Positions 1 through 9,222 of a stretch of DNA of 58,834 nucleotides are shown here, piece by piece (position 1 is the stretch's first letter; every line of letters begins with the position of its first letter). Under the pieces are notes generated by a model. The model was not told the DNA's origin and made no database searches. It saw nothing but the letters and a program-made list of their open reading frames with translations. The stretch covers positions 1 through 58,834 of the forward strand of contig JAVRCJ020000040.1 in NCBI GenBank assembly GCA_034530875.2, read 5' to 3'. Position numbers and translations under genes: made by a program. This DNA comes from Nostoc sp. DedSLP01. Its GTDB lineage: Bacteria; Cyanobacteriota; Cyanobacteriia; Cyanobacteriales; Nostocaceae.

Positions 1-17
1 CTTGCGGATATGAGTGG

Positions 18-317
18 ATGCACACCTTGGACATTTCATCGCGATCGCTCAAATTCATACTTCAATTATGCAACGCCTTAATGTTTTTAATACCCTCAGT
101 ACTCAGAATGTCTGCGCTCAAAATAAAAATATCTTTTGTACCACAGTTTCGGCGAAACGCAGAGATTCAACGCACAGTCAAACGTTACTGGCAGAATGTA
201 CCAGGGGCGATCCCCTATTTGAAGGAGGCGATATGAACTTGGAAAGGAATTAAGTCACCGGAGGCTGTGTTTGTTGCGGCTTGTAAAGAAGGTAGGAAGC
301 CGGAGACACAGCAGGCC
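18..317 (+). pseudogene. Fragment of a hypothetical protein gene interrupted by an in-frame TGA (234-236) and fused in frame to the dGTPase fragment
   Basis: ORF 18..236 and ORF 267..1049 share a frame. The read-through is ...YLKEAI*TWKGIKSPEAVFVAACKEGRKPETQQA, which does not resemble a dGTPase N-terminus. Confidence 0.4.
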
Positions 318-1049
318 ATGGGAAGAGTGAACCAGAAAATACCCGGTCGTACTCATTTCTTAAGGGACTACAATCGTTTAGTGTTCTCTTCCCCTTTTCG
401 CCGCCTTAAAGATAAGACGCAAGTTTTTTCGTTATCTACAAATGACTATATTCGTACTCGTCTAATTCACAGTCTTGAGGTTTCCTGCGTTAGTCGTTCC
501 CTTGGTAGGATTGTCGGAAATGAGATTGTAAAAAGACACAAGCTTGATGAGTATGGTTTCAGTGCTTCAGATTTTGGTGAAATTGTGTCTGCGGCTTGTT
601 TAGCTCATGATATAGGTAATCCTCTTTTTGGGCATTCTGGAGAAGATGCTATTCGTACAGCATTTCAATCTTGGCACGCCACTGTTCAGCAAACAGAAGA
701 AAATTTTTTTGATAAATCTCAAAAAACAGATTTTGATCTATTTGAAGGTAATGCACAAGGTTTCCGCATTTTAACTAAACTGGAAATGCCTCCTCAAAAA
801 GGTGGAATGCAGCTTACTTGCCCGACTTTAGCAGCATTTACAAAATATCCTAGAGAATCTTTAATACCAGAATCTATTTTTAATGGATACAAGGGTCGAA
901 GAAGTATTAAGAAATATGGTTTTTTTCAAGCAGAGAAAGATTTATTTACTGAAGTAGCAGAAACGGTAGGGCTAATTCGTCGTCATGAACAAGTAGCATG
1001 GTGGGCGCGCCATCCGCTTGCGGGGCAATGTAATTCTAAAGCAGTTTAA
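318..1049 (+). pseudogene. dgt: Deoxyguanosinetriphosphate triphosphohydrolase (dGTPase, HD family), C-terminally truncated
   Basis: Motifs RDYNRLVFSSPFRRLKDKTQV, RTRLIHSLEV, ACLAHDIGNPLFGHSGE, FEGNAQGFRIL, KYP and RHPLA are present. The ORF stops 8 codons after RHPLA, before the conserved EAADD motif and the C-terminal region. Confidence 0.85.
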
Positions 1050-1174
1050 CTACTTGCTTGATTCATTCCTGGGTTGTATGCTCTCATTCGGCACACTAAA
1101 TATAATCTGTATTTTGTCAATAGACTGATTTACTTAAAAAAATTCAAAAAAAGCGATCGCTATGTAAAGAAGAG

Positions 1175-1208
1175 GGGGTAAGAGGGCAGCTAGTTGTTCT
1201 CTTACCCC
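1175..1208. terminator. Stem-loop (possible terminator)
   Basis: GGGGTAAGAG (1175-1184) pairs with CTCTTACCCC (1199-1208), and the stem is extendable with G-U pairs. Confidence 0.45.
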
Positions 1209-1538
1209 TAATTCTATATTGATAGTCAAGTATAAAGTAAGTAATTTTTAATACTTTATATATTATTAATAATAATTCAGAAAATATATCGATGAAATTA
1301 ATACCTGCAATCAGCAAAATGTTGAGAGGAGAAGAATTCTCATTTTTGAAATGTCTTTGAGTAATTAAGCTGAAAAATCAAGTTTGATTTTCAGAAATGA
1401 TTGTATTTAGTGATTTGCAATCAATTACAGTACATAAATTCTTAGGTTAGTGTCGTTCTAGCTTATAAATTATTGACTGTAAATAATGCTTTGGCGCTGA
1501 AAACATCTAATCTTCTAATAGCTTAACTACAAAAATTA

Positions 1539-4500
1539 GTGAATGGCTTAAATAACATGAATATGCAGAATAAAGGCATTATTTTCATTGATTTATCAGT
1601 TAAAGACTACGAAGTATTGCTAAATTATCTTGTATCAAAAATTGAGGTAATAGTTCTCGATCCCAGCCAAGATGGCGTAGAACAAATTACTCAAACACTG
1701 TTACAACGCCCTAAAGTTGAAAGCGTCCACATTGTCTCTCATGGTTCTCCCGGTTGCCTCTACCTGGGTAATACGCAACTCAGTCTCAGCAGTTTAGAAC
1801 GCTACACTCAACAGCTACAAACTTGGTTGTGTCCAATTCTGATACTCTACGGCTGTAAAGTCGCTGCTGGCGATGCGGGAGAGGAATTTTTGCAGAAGTT
1901 GCATCAATTGACTGGGGCAAATATTGCGGCTTCTAGTACACTCACAGGTAATGCTGCGTTGGGTGGAGATTGGAATCTACAGGTTCAAGTCGGCGAAGAT
2001 TTTTCAATTGCAAATCCTATAGCTTTGGCATTTCGCCAAGAAGCACTTTCTACTTATACCGGAGTACTTGCTCCTGGTAGCCTCGACACTACCTTTGGAG
2101 TTGGTGGTAAAGTCATTACAGATATCGGTGGTAGTGACACAGCTTATGGTGTTGCCGTTCAAGCAGATGGCAAGATTGTAGTAATAGGTGAAAGTTACAA
2201 TAGCAATGGTAACTTTGCCGTAGCTCGCTATAATCCCGATGGTAGCCTAGATAGTAGCTTTGGCAATGGTGGTAAAGCGATCGCCGATTTTGCTAACCAA
2301 ACAGATAAACCTTATAGCGTTACCATTCAGCCTGATGGCAAAATTTTAATCGCGGGAATTACTTACAATGGTAACCAAACTGATGCTGCTCTTATACGCT
2401 ACAACCCTAATGGTAGCTTAGATACCACCTTTGGTACTGGGGGAAAAGTTGTTACCAACTTTGAGGGGAAAAACGAATGGATAAAAAGCGTTGCCGTCCA
2501 GTCAGACGGCAAAATTATTGTGGGGGGATATCTTAACCCCAATGACGGTACTCTCAATAATGACTTTCTCCTGATACGTTACAACTCAGACGGTAGTCTG
2601 GATACTAGCTTTGGTAATGGCGGTAGGGTTCTTACTTCCATGAGCGACGGACAAGACGGCATTGCAAGTATCCTGATCCAGCCAGACGGTAAAATTGTAG
2701 TGACTGGCGGTGTCATGGTTAATGGCAGCAATAACTTTATCTTGGCACGTTACAACTCCAATGGCAGTATAGATACTAATTTTGGCAGTAGCGGTAAAGT
2801 AATCACAGACTTTCCTGGCACACATGACTTTGGATATAGTGTTGCTCTTGGGTCTGATGGCAAAATTGTCGTAGCGGGAGGTACTGGGGACATTGGTCTC
2901 AATGGAAATTTTGCTCTCACACGCTATAACTCCGATGGCACTCTGGACGCTAACTTCGGTAATGGGGGTAAGGTTGTTACAGATCTAGGCGGCAACGATG
3001 TTGGTCTAAGTTTGGCTATTTTACAGGATGGCAAAATTGTAGTATCTGGTTTTGCTGAAAACGCAAACGCTAACCGCGATTTTGCTTTAGTTGCTTACAA
3101 CTCGAATGGCAGCTTAGATACCAGCTTTGGCGATAGCGGTAAAGTCATAACTCCCGTTAACGGTAGTTCTTTTCAAGAGACTAGGGTTGCCGTCCAGTCT
3201 GACGGTAAGATTGTGGTTACAGGCAGTGACAGCGGTAACTTTGTTGTAGCACGTTACGAGGCACCCTCTAGTAACGTTCCTACTCCTTTGAATGTCAGTT
3301 ATTACAAACTAGCAACTAGCGACTTTCTCCAAGACTGGTCAAATTCTAATTTAATTACTAGCGATGATAATTGGAGTAATTTACCCAGTATTAGAGGTTT
3401 TCGAGGTGATGGTTTAGTCAGTAGCACGGGTACTAACCCACAAACATTACTAACTGATAGTTCTGCCACCCCTATTGATGTCAATGCTAATCAAACTAAT
3501 CCAAATACCTACACAAATAGCGGGATTACAGAATTCGCATTGAGCAATCCAACTATTGCGCTGAGAGGTTCATCAACTGCGACAGCACCGCATTTAGTTA
3601 TTTATTTAGATGCTACTGGACAGCAAAATCTCCAACTTAGTTTTACTTTACGTGACATAGATACCTCAATACGCGATGCCATTCAATCTGTTGCTGTACA
3701 ATACCGCGTTGGGGAAACAGGAAATTTCATCAATCTGCCAGCAGCTTTTGTACCTGATGCTTCTAATAACGCCTCAAGCTCAGCGTCTTACGACGCGCGG
3801 GAAGCACGCATCAGTGTCTTATTGCCACCCGAAGTTACCAATCAGACGAAAGTCCAAATTCGCTTTATTACTACTGATGCCAATGGAGAAGATGAGTGGA
3901 TTGGGGTAGATGATATCAAGGTTACGAGCAAACCTATTAGCACAAATCAAGCACCAGTAGCTAAAAATGATAGTTACTTGATTGCGGCAAACGGACAATT
4001 ACAGACTGGTGCTGCAATTACAGCACTGACCTTAGATAGCGATCGCGGTAATTATATCGGTCAGAGCGATTATTATAGCTATACTCCCGCCACAGGTAAT
4101 TTCAGTGCTGTCCGTGCTTATCCTAGTAATTCCAGCAGCAATAATGCTATCCGCATCAGCTATTCTGAGACGGGATCTGGCGGTCACTGGTGGGATCTGG
4201 AATTTGCAGCGCCATTTAATGCTCCCCTGACAGCAGGGACTACATACACAGGTGCAGCACGTTTCCCATTCCAAAATTCTAATCAGCCTGGTTTAGATGT
4301 CGGTGGTGATGGACGCGGCTATAACACCCTCACAGGTCAGTTTACAGTCAACCAAATCACCTATGGTTCTGGCGACGAAATCCTCAACTTTGATGCCACC
4401 TTCCAAGAATACGGTGATGGCGACCCTGCTAGCGAAAGCTTCAAAGGCCGCATTCAATACCGCGCTACCTCCAACAATTTAGTTGCTGGTGTATTAACCA

Positions 4501-7166
4501 ATGACACAGATACTGAAAATACGGCACTGAAAGCAACCTTAGTGTCTGGCCCAAACAACGGTAGCCTGATTTTCAATTCTGATGGGTCTTTTACTTACAC
4601 TCCTAATGCTGGCTTTCAAGGAATTGATACATTCACTTATAAAGCCAATGATGCAATTACTGATTCTAATATTGCCACAGTTAATTTATATGTTGGCAAT
4701 CAAGCGCCTACAGTCACTTTGCCTAGCACAAATCCGACTTACACTGAAAACGCACCTGCCATTTTCATCGACCCGAATGCAACTGTTACAGACCTTGATT
4801 CCCTAGACTTCGATTTAGGCAAATTGACTGTTCGCTTCAGTAATGGCGGAACTACTGACGATCGCCTGATTATCCAAAGCAGCACAACAAATAAAATTAC
4901 AGTCAACAGCACAAGCATTTTGTACGATGGTAGCTTTATCGGTACTTTCAGTGGTGGTATCGGTACTCAAGATTTGGTAATTAACTTTACCTCTAAAGCG
5001 ACACCTGCTGCTGTCCAAGCCTTAGTACGGAGTATTACTTACACCAATATCTCTGAGAGTCCCTCTACCACTCCCCGTAGCCTCAGTTTTGTCTTGACTG
5101 ATGGTGATGGCGGAACTAGTGCTACGGTGTTTAAGACAATTAATGTGACTGCTATCAACGATTCTCCGATACTCAGTTTGCCAGGAAGTAACCTGACCTA
5201 CACTGAAAATGCCCCTGCTATCTTCATCGATCCGAATGCAATTGTCGCAGACGTTGATTCCCTAGACTTCGATTTAGGCAAATTGACTGTTCGCTTCAAT
5301 AATGGCGGAAATGCTGATGACCGCCTGATTATCCAAAGCAGCACAACAAATAAAGTTACAGTCAACGGCACAAGCATTTTGTACGATGGTAGCTTTATCG
5401 GTACTTTCAGTGGCGGCATAGGTACTCAAGATTTAGTAATCAATTTTACCTCTAAAGCGACACTTGCTGTTGTCCAAGCTTTGGTAGGCAGTATTAGTTA
5501 CGCCAACATCTCCGATAATCCCGTTACTACTCCTTGTAGTGTTAGCTTTGTGGTGACTGATGGTGATGGCGGTACTAGTGCAACAGTCTTTAAGACAATT
5601 AATCTAACTGCTGTCAACGATTCTCCAATAATTAGTTTGCCAGGAACTAACCCTACATACACTGAAAATACTCCTGCTATCTTCATTGACCCAAATGCAA
5701 CTGTTGTAGACCCTGATTCCCAAGACTTCGATTCAGGTAAATTGACTGTTAGCCTCAGTAATGGTGGAACTGCTGATGACCGCCTCATCATCCAAAGCAA
5801 CACGACAAATAAAATTACAGTCACCGACACAATCATTTTGTACGATGGCAGCTTTATCGCTGCTTTCAGTGGCGGTATCGGTAATCAAGACTTGGTAATC
5901 TACTTTACTGCTAAAGCTACGGCTGCTGGTATCCAAGCTTTAGTAGATAGTATTAGTTATGCCAACGTTTCAGATAATCCCGCTACTACTCCCCGTAGCA
6001 TCAGCTTTGTATTGACTGATGGTGATGGCGGTACTAGTGCTAGTGTCTTTAAGACTATTAACCTGGCTGCTGTCAACGATGCGCCAGTTATTACCGCAAA
6101 TCAAAGCTTCAATATCAGGGAAAACGGCAGTGATGGTACGGTGGTTGGTACTGTAATTGCTACCGATGTCGAGGGAACAAGCTCATTTTCCAATTGGGCA
6201 ATTATTGGTGGTAACCTTGACCTCGATGGAGATGGGAAAGCTGTTTTTAGCATCAATTCTACTTCTGGACAAATTACAGTTGCCGATCGCGACGATCTGG
6301 ATTTCGAGAGTCAGCCGAACTTTCAACTACAAGTTGCTGTCAGCGATGGCACAGATACTAGTGCTATGCAAGCGATCGCTGTCAATCTCAATGATGTCAG
6401 CGAAAAGACTATCTATGGCAACTCTTTAAGCAATAAGCTTTACGGCAGTACAAGCGATGATACTATCTACGGCTACGAATCAAGCGACTATTTATACGGC
6501 TATGATGGTAACGATCGCTTGATTGCTGGTGCTGGTAATGACTACCTTTATGGTGGTGGAGGTGATGATATTCTCGATGGTGGTGATGGCACTGATTCAC
6601 TTAAGGAATCTGCTGATGTCAACTTTACTTTAACTAATACTCAACTATTTGGTTTAGGTACTGATAGCCTCAGCAGTATTGAAAAGGTAACGCTGACGGG
6701 TGGTGTCAGCGACAATACTTTGAATGCTTCATCATTCACAATTGCAGGAGTCTATCTTTATGGTGGTGATGGTCATGATAGTCTCTTAGGCGGTAGTAAT
6801 AATGATTACTTATACGGTGAGAATGGTAGCGATCGCCTGATTGGTAATGCTGGAATTGACAAGCTTTATGGTGGTGCAGATAACGACACCTTGATTAGCG
6901 GTGCTGGTAATGATGCACTTTATGGACAAGCAGGTGCAGATATTTTTGTTCTCGCCTCAGGAAACGGCACTGATACTATCTATGATTTTCAGGATGGTAT
7001 CGACAAACTTGGTTTATTTGGTGGTTTAACTTATGGGGCTTTAACTATCTCTGCAAGTAGTACTAAAACTTATATTCGGGTTACTTCTACTAATGAGACA
7101 TTAGCTCTTTTGAACAACATTACACCCAGCTTGATTACGGAAAGCGATTTTATAACTATTCTATAA
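1539..7166 (+). CDS. Large secreted/surface protein: DUF4347 domain, 7 delta-60 (DUF5122-type) beta-propeller repeats, Ig/cadherin-like domains, RTX Ca-binding repeats (type I secretion substrate)
   Basis: N-terminal DUF4347 motifs (HIVSHGSPG, LYGCKVA, GGDWNL); seven xxDGKI repeats; Big_9-like NSDGSFTYTPNAGFQGIDTFTY; cadherin-like LDFE; C-terminal GGxGxDxL nonapeptides and DTIYDFQDGIDKL. Confidence 0.9.
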   Translation: MNGLNNMNMQNKGIIFIDLSVKDYEVLLNYLVSKIEVIVLDPSQDGVEQITQTLLQRPKVESVHIVSHGSPGCLYLGNTQLSLSSLERYTQQLQTWLCPILILYGCKVAAGDAGEEFLQKLHQLTGANIAASSTLTGNAALGGDWNLQVQVGEDFSIANPIALAFRQEALSTYTGVLAPGSLDTTFGVGGKVITDIGGSDTAYGVAVQADGKIVVIGESYNSNGNFAVARYNPDGSLDSSFGNGGKAIADFANQTDKPYSVTIQPDGKILIAGITYNGNQTDAALIRYNPNGSLDTTFGTGGKVVTNFEGKNEWIKSVAVQSDGKIIVGGYLNPNDGTLNNDFLLIRYNSDGSLDTSFGNGGRVLTSMSDGQDGIASILIQPDGKIVVTGGVMVNGSNNFILARYNSNGSIDTNFGSSGKVITDFPGTHDFGYSVALGSDGKIVVAGGTGDIGLNGNFALTRYNSDGTLDANFGNGGKVVTDLGGNDVGLSLAILQDGKIVVSGFAENANANRDFALVAYNSNGSLDTSFGDSGKVITPVNGSSFQETRVAVQSDGKIVVTGSDSGNFVVARYEAPSSNVPTPLNVSYYKLATSDFLQDWSNSNLITSDDNWSNLPSIRGFRGDGLVSSTGTNPQTLLTDSSATPIDVNANQTNPNTYTNSGITEFALSNPTIALRGSSTATAPHLVIYLDATGQQNLQLSFTLRDIDTSIRDAIQSVAVQYRVGETGNFINLPAAFVPDASNNASSSASYDAREARISVLLPPEVTNQTKVQIRFITTDANGEDEWIGVDDIKVTSKPISTNQAPVAKNDSYLIAANGQLQTGAAITALTLDSDRGNYIGQSDYYSYTPATGNFSAVRAYPSNSSSNNAIRISYSETGSGGHWWDLEFAAPFNAPLTAGTTYTGAARFPFQNSNQPGLDVGGDGRGYNTLTGQFTVNQITYGSGDEILNFDATFQEYGDGDPASESFKGRIQYRATSNNLVAGVLTNDTDTENTALKATLVSGPNNGSLIFNSDGSFTYTPNAGFQGIDTFTYKANDAITDSNIATVNLYVGNQAPTVTLPSTNPTYTENAPAIFIDPNATVTDLDSLDFDLGKLTVRFSNGGTTDDRLIIQSSTTNKITVNSTSILYDGSFIGTFSGGIGTQDLVINFTSKATPAAVQALVRSITYTNISESPSTTPRSLSFVLTDGDGGTSATVFKTINVTAINDSPILSLPGSNLTYTENAPAIFIDPNAIVADVDSLDFDLGKLTVRFNNGGNADDRLIIQSSTTNKVTVNGTSILYDGSFIGTFSGGIGTQDLVINFTSKATLAVVQALVGSISYANISDNPVTTPCSVSFVVTDGDGGTSATVFKTINLTAVNDSPIISLPGTNPTYTENTPAIFIDPNATVVDPDSQDFDSGKLTVSLSNGGTADDRLIIQSNTTNKITVTDTIILYDGSFIAAFSGGIGNQDLVIYFTAKATAAGIQALVDSISYANVSDNPATTPRSISFVLTDGDGGTSASVFKTINLAAVNDAPVITANQSFNIRENGSDGTVVGTVIATDVEGTSSFSNWAIIGGNLDLDGDGKAVFSINSTSGQITVADRDDLDFESQPNFQLQVAVSDGTDTSAMQAIAVNLNDVSEKTIYGNSLSNKLYGSTSDDTIYGYESSDYLYGYDGNDRLIAGAGNDYLYGGGGDDILDGGDGTDSLKESADVNFTLTNTQLFGLGTDSLSSIEKVTLTGGVSDNTLNASSFTIAGVYLYGGDGHDSLLGGSNNDYLYGENGSDRLIGNAGIDKLYGGADNDTLISGAGNDALYGQAGADIFVLASGNGTDTIYDFQDGIDKLGLFGGLTYGALTISASSTKTYIRVTSTNETLALLNNITPSLITESDFITIL
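4698..6074 (+). repeat. Three tandem 459-nt (153-aa) intragenic repeats
   Basis: Units begin at 4698 (NQAP), 5157 (NDSP) and 5616 (NDSP), and the next domain begins at 6075 (NDAP). Shared TYTEN.PAIFIDPNA...DFD.GKLTV...DDRLIIQS...VLTDGDGGTSA. Confidence 0.9.
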
Positions 7167-7233
7167 TAGTGAGTAATTTTCAATTCTACTACTTAAAAAT
7201 CAGTTGAGTACGTAAGTGTAATCCATTGTAAAA

Positions 7234-7271
7234 ATCGCTCCTCAATTACAATTAAATAATTGGGGGGCGAT
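7234..7271. terminator. Stem-loop downstream of the RTX gene
   Basis: ATCGCTCCTCAATTA / TAATTGGGGGGCGAT inverted repeat (with G-U pairs). Confidence 0.5.
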
Positions 7272-7284
7272 ACTAACATTTATC

Positions 7285-7980
7285 ATGCAGGAGTATACTA
7301 TGCAGCGAATGCGACCCGATATCAGGAGCTTAGTAATTACTAAACGGGAATTTAAAAAACTAACTGGTATTTCGCCTAAATCTATACGCATGGAAGCACC
7401 AAGGCTGTCATCTTACAGACAGTCTTTAGTAACTGCATTTGAAATATTTGCTTTTATGTGTATTCTTAAGATTTATTTCACTTTTGGGTTTTCTAGTTTT
7501 ACTTTGCAAACAGTATTACTTACAGCGCTTATAGTAACTGGGGTGGCTATTATATTAGGTTTAGTAAGTGCAGATTATATATATCAGCGAGAAATCAAAA
7601 AGTATAGAGAACAACAAGCTCTCAGATATCTGATTTCGGAAATACAAAAACATTGTCATATTATCAAAGCAATTGATATTAAGGATCAATTGGAAGATGC
7701 AGGAAACAAACCCATTGCTCCCGAAAACAGACAGAAAGTAGTGGAAGCACTTCAATTGACTAGAGCAGATTTAATACGTGCTTTAAAAACAGAAAAAATT
7801 TTAAGAACAAACAAAGATTTTATTTTACAACACCCAGATACATTCACAAGTAACCTAGCAGCAGTGAAAGCACTACAAATTACCGAACAAGCAAGTGAAT
7901 GGGGACAGCTACTCAATCAAACATTAGAAGTTGCTGTAGAAGTTAAAGAAGAAATGCGTAAGCTACAGGCTGGAAATTAA
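7285..7980 (+). CDS. Cyanobacterial hypothetical membrane protein (2 TM helices plus helical C-terminus)
   Basis: 231-aa ORF with two hydrophobic segments and a C-terminal IKAIDIKDQLEDAGN...ALKTEKILR segment. Confidence 0.7.
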   Translation: MQEYTMQRMRPDIRSLVITKREFKKLTGISPKSIRMEAPRLSSYRQSLVTAFEIFAFMCILKIYFTFGFSSFTLQTVLLTALIVTGVAIILGLVSADYIYQREIKKYREQQALRYLISEIQKHCHIIKAIDIKDQLEDAGNKPIAPENRQKVVEALQLTRADLIRALKTEKILRTNKDFILQHPDTFTSNLAAVKALQITEQASEWGQLLNQTLEVAVEVKEEMRKLQAGN

Positions 7981-8015
7981 GTTTTATCTAAGTAGCCGTC
8001 ATGAACTGGGTACAC

Positions 8016-8678
8016 CAGAGGTTTACGTACTAGTTCTATAGGACTCATATTTGAATTCTGAAAAAAATCAGTACACCTAAACAAGACTTCTTTCCTACTC
8101 CCCACTCCCCACTCCCTGTCTACGCAAGTAAATTCACAAATCAAACCAGATTCCTATAGTAATGTTGTATCAGTTTGTAAAAATTGCCAAAGCTGCGTTC
8201 TATTTAAATTAGCCAAGTAATTTTTAATTTGGTGATAGCTAAGTAATCGTAAGAATATTGCACCATTTAGTTGGAGCCTTTCGGAATAGTTAGCATACTC
8301 CTCCCAACGGCTACACACCAGTAAATACTTTGGACGGTAATCGCTTTGTAAAAATTCATTCATCTTTCTTACACATGGTTCCTGACGTGCTGACTCCAAT
8401 TCATCTAAACCATCTAACATTGGTAGTAACTTAGCATTATCCAGCCATTTACTACTAATATCCTTTCGCACCCCATATTTCGACTTTAATTCCGCTACTA
8501 ACCAATCATGTATTAACTGTCTATCATTCTTCCAATTCGAGAGGTTAAATAGTACCGGAATAGGGTAATCAGCTTTTTTTTCTGCCCGTGAAATCAAGGC
8601 TTTTGCTAAATCTAATGTTGTAGTAGTTTTACCAGCACCAGGATTACCTAAAATTAACAACTTACCTGCAATTTCTTC
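8016..8678 (-). pseudogene. NACHT-domain NTPase fragment
   Basis: Walker A LILGNPGAGKTT, Walker B LPMLDGLDEL, IPVLFNLSNW and LLVCSR are present. The N-terminus is replaced by the IS remnant and the C-terminus is cut by the MITE. The frame resumes as ELVRKPL beyond the MITE. Confidence 0.85.
8039..8156. mobile_element. IS630-type MITE (~118 bp) with TA target duplication
   Basis: Left end TA|TAGGACTCATATTTGAATTCTGAA. Right end (reverse complement) TA|TAGGAATCTGGTTTGATTTGTGAA. TA at 8037-8038 and 8157-8158. Internal CCCACTC heptamer repeats. Confidence 0.8.
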
Positions 8679-8994
8679 CTAGGCTTGCTTCCAACCTGTT
8701 ATAGACCCTCGTGATACGTCTAAAATTGTTTGGATTTCATCATATAAGTAACCTTGATAAACCAGCTTTACTGCCAACGCTTTCCTTATCTCACGCGCAT
8801 CTGGATGCATATCTATAAAATTCTGTAGTTCCGCGATCGCATCAAGTACTGTTTCCTCTATTGGCTGTTGAGAGGATACTCCTACTGCCCGTCTAGCAGT
8901 TTGTACATACAGATTTATCATTGTTGCTTATTTTCCTTTTATGCCCCTTCCGTATTTTTTCGTAGTTTTGTTCAAAAATCAAATAGGACTCCTA
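8679..8994 (-). mobile_element. IS630-family remnant: terminal inverted repeat plus N-terminal HTH part of the transposase (ORF 8679..8921)
   Basis: The end sequence TATAGGAGTCCTATTTGATTTTTGAA (reverse complement of 8971-8996) matches the MITE termini. The ORF has REIRKALAVKL..QGY.YDEIQTILDVSRGSITGWKQA, typical of IS630 HTH. No DDE domain. Confidence 0.8.
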
Positions 8995-9222
8995 TAGTTA
9001 ACTTCATACCTCTGCTTTACCTAAATTTTCAGCATTATTTCTAATTGACAAAACAAAGATTATCTTAGCCTCTCAATGATGCTCTATAAACTTGGTGCAT
9101 ACTTATTTAAACTTCAAGAGCGATAAACAGGGTCGTTGGGCTATGACTTATTGTTAAGTAGTAGCTAGTTAGTAACTTCATTTGTGCTTAATTAAAATTG
9201 CTACTATTTGGGGAAACTTGCA

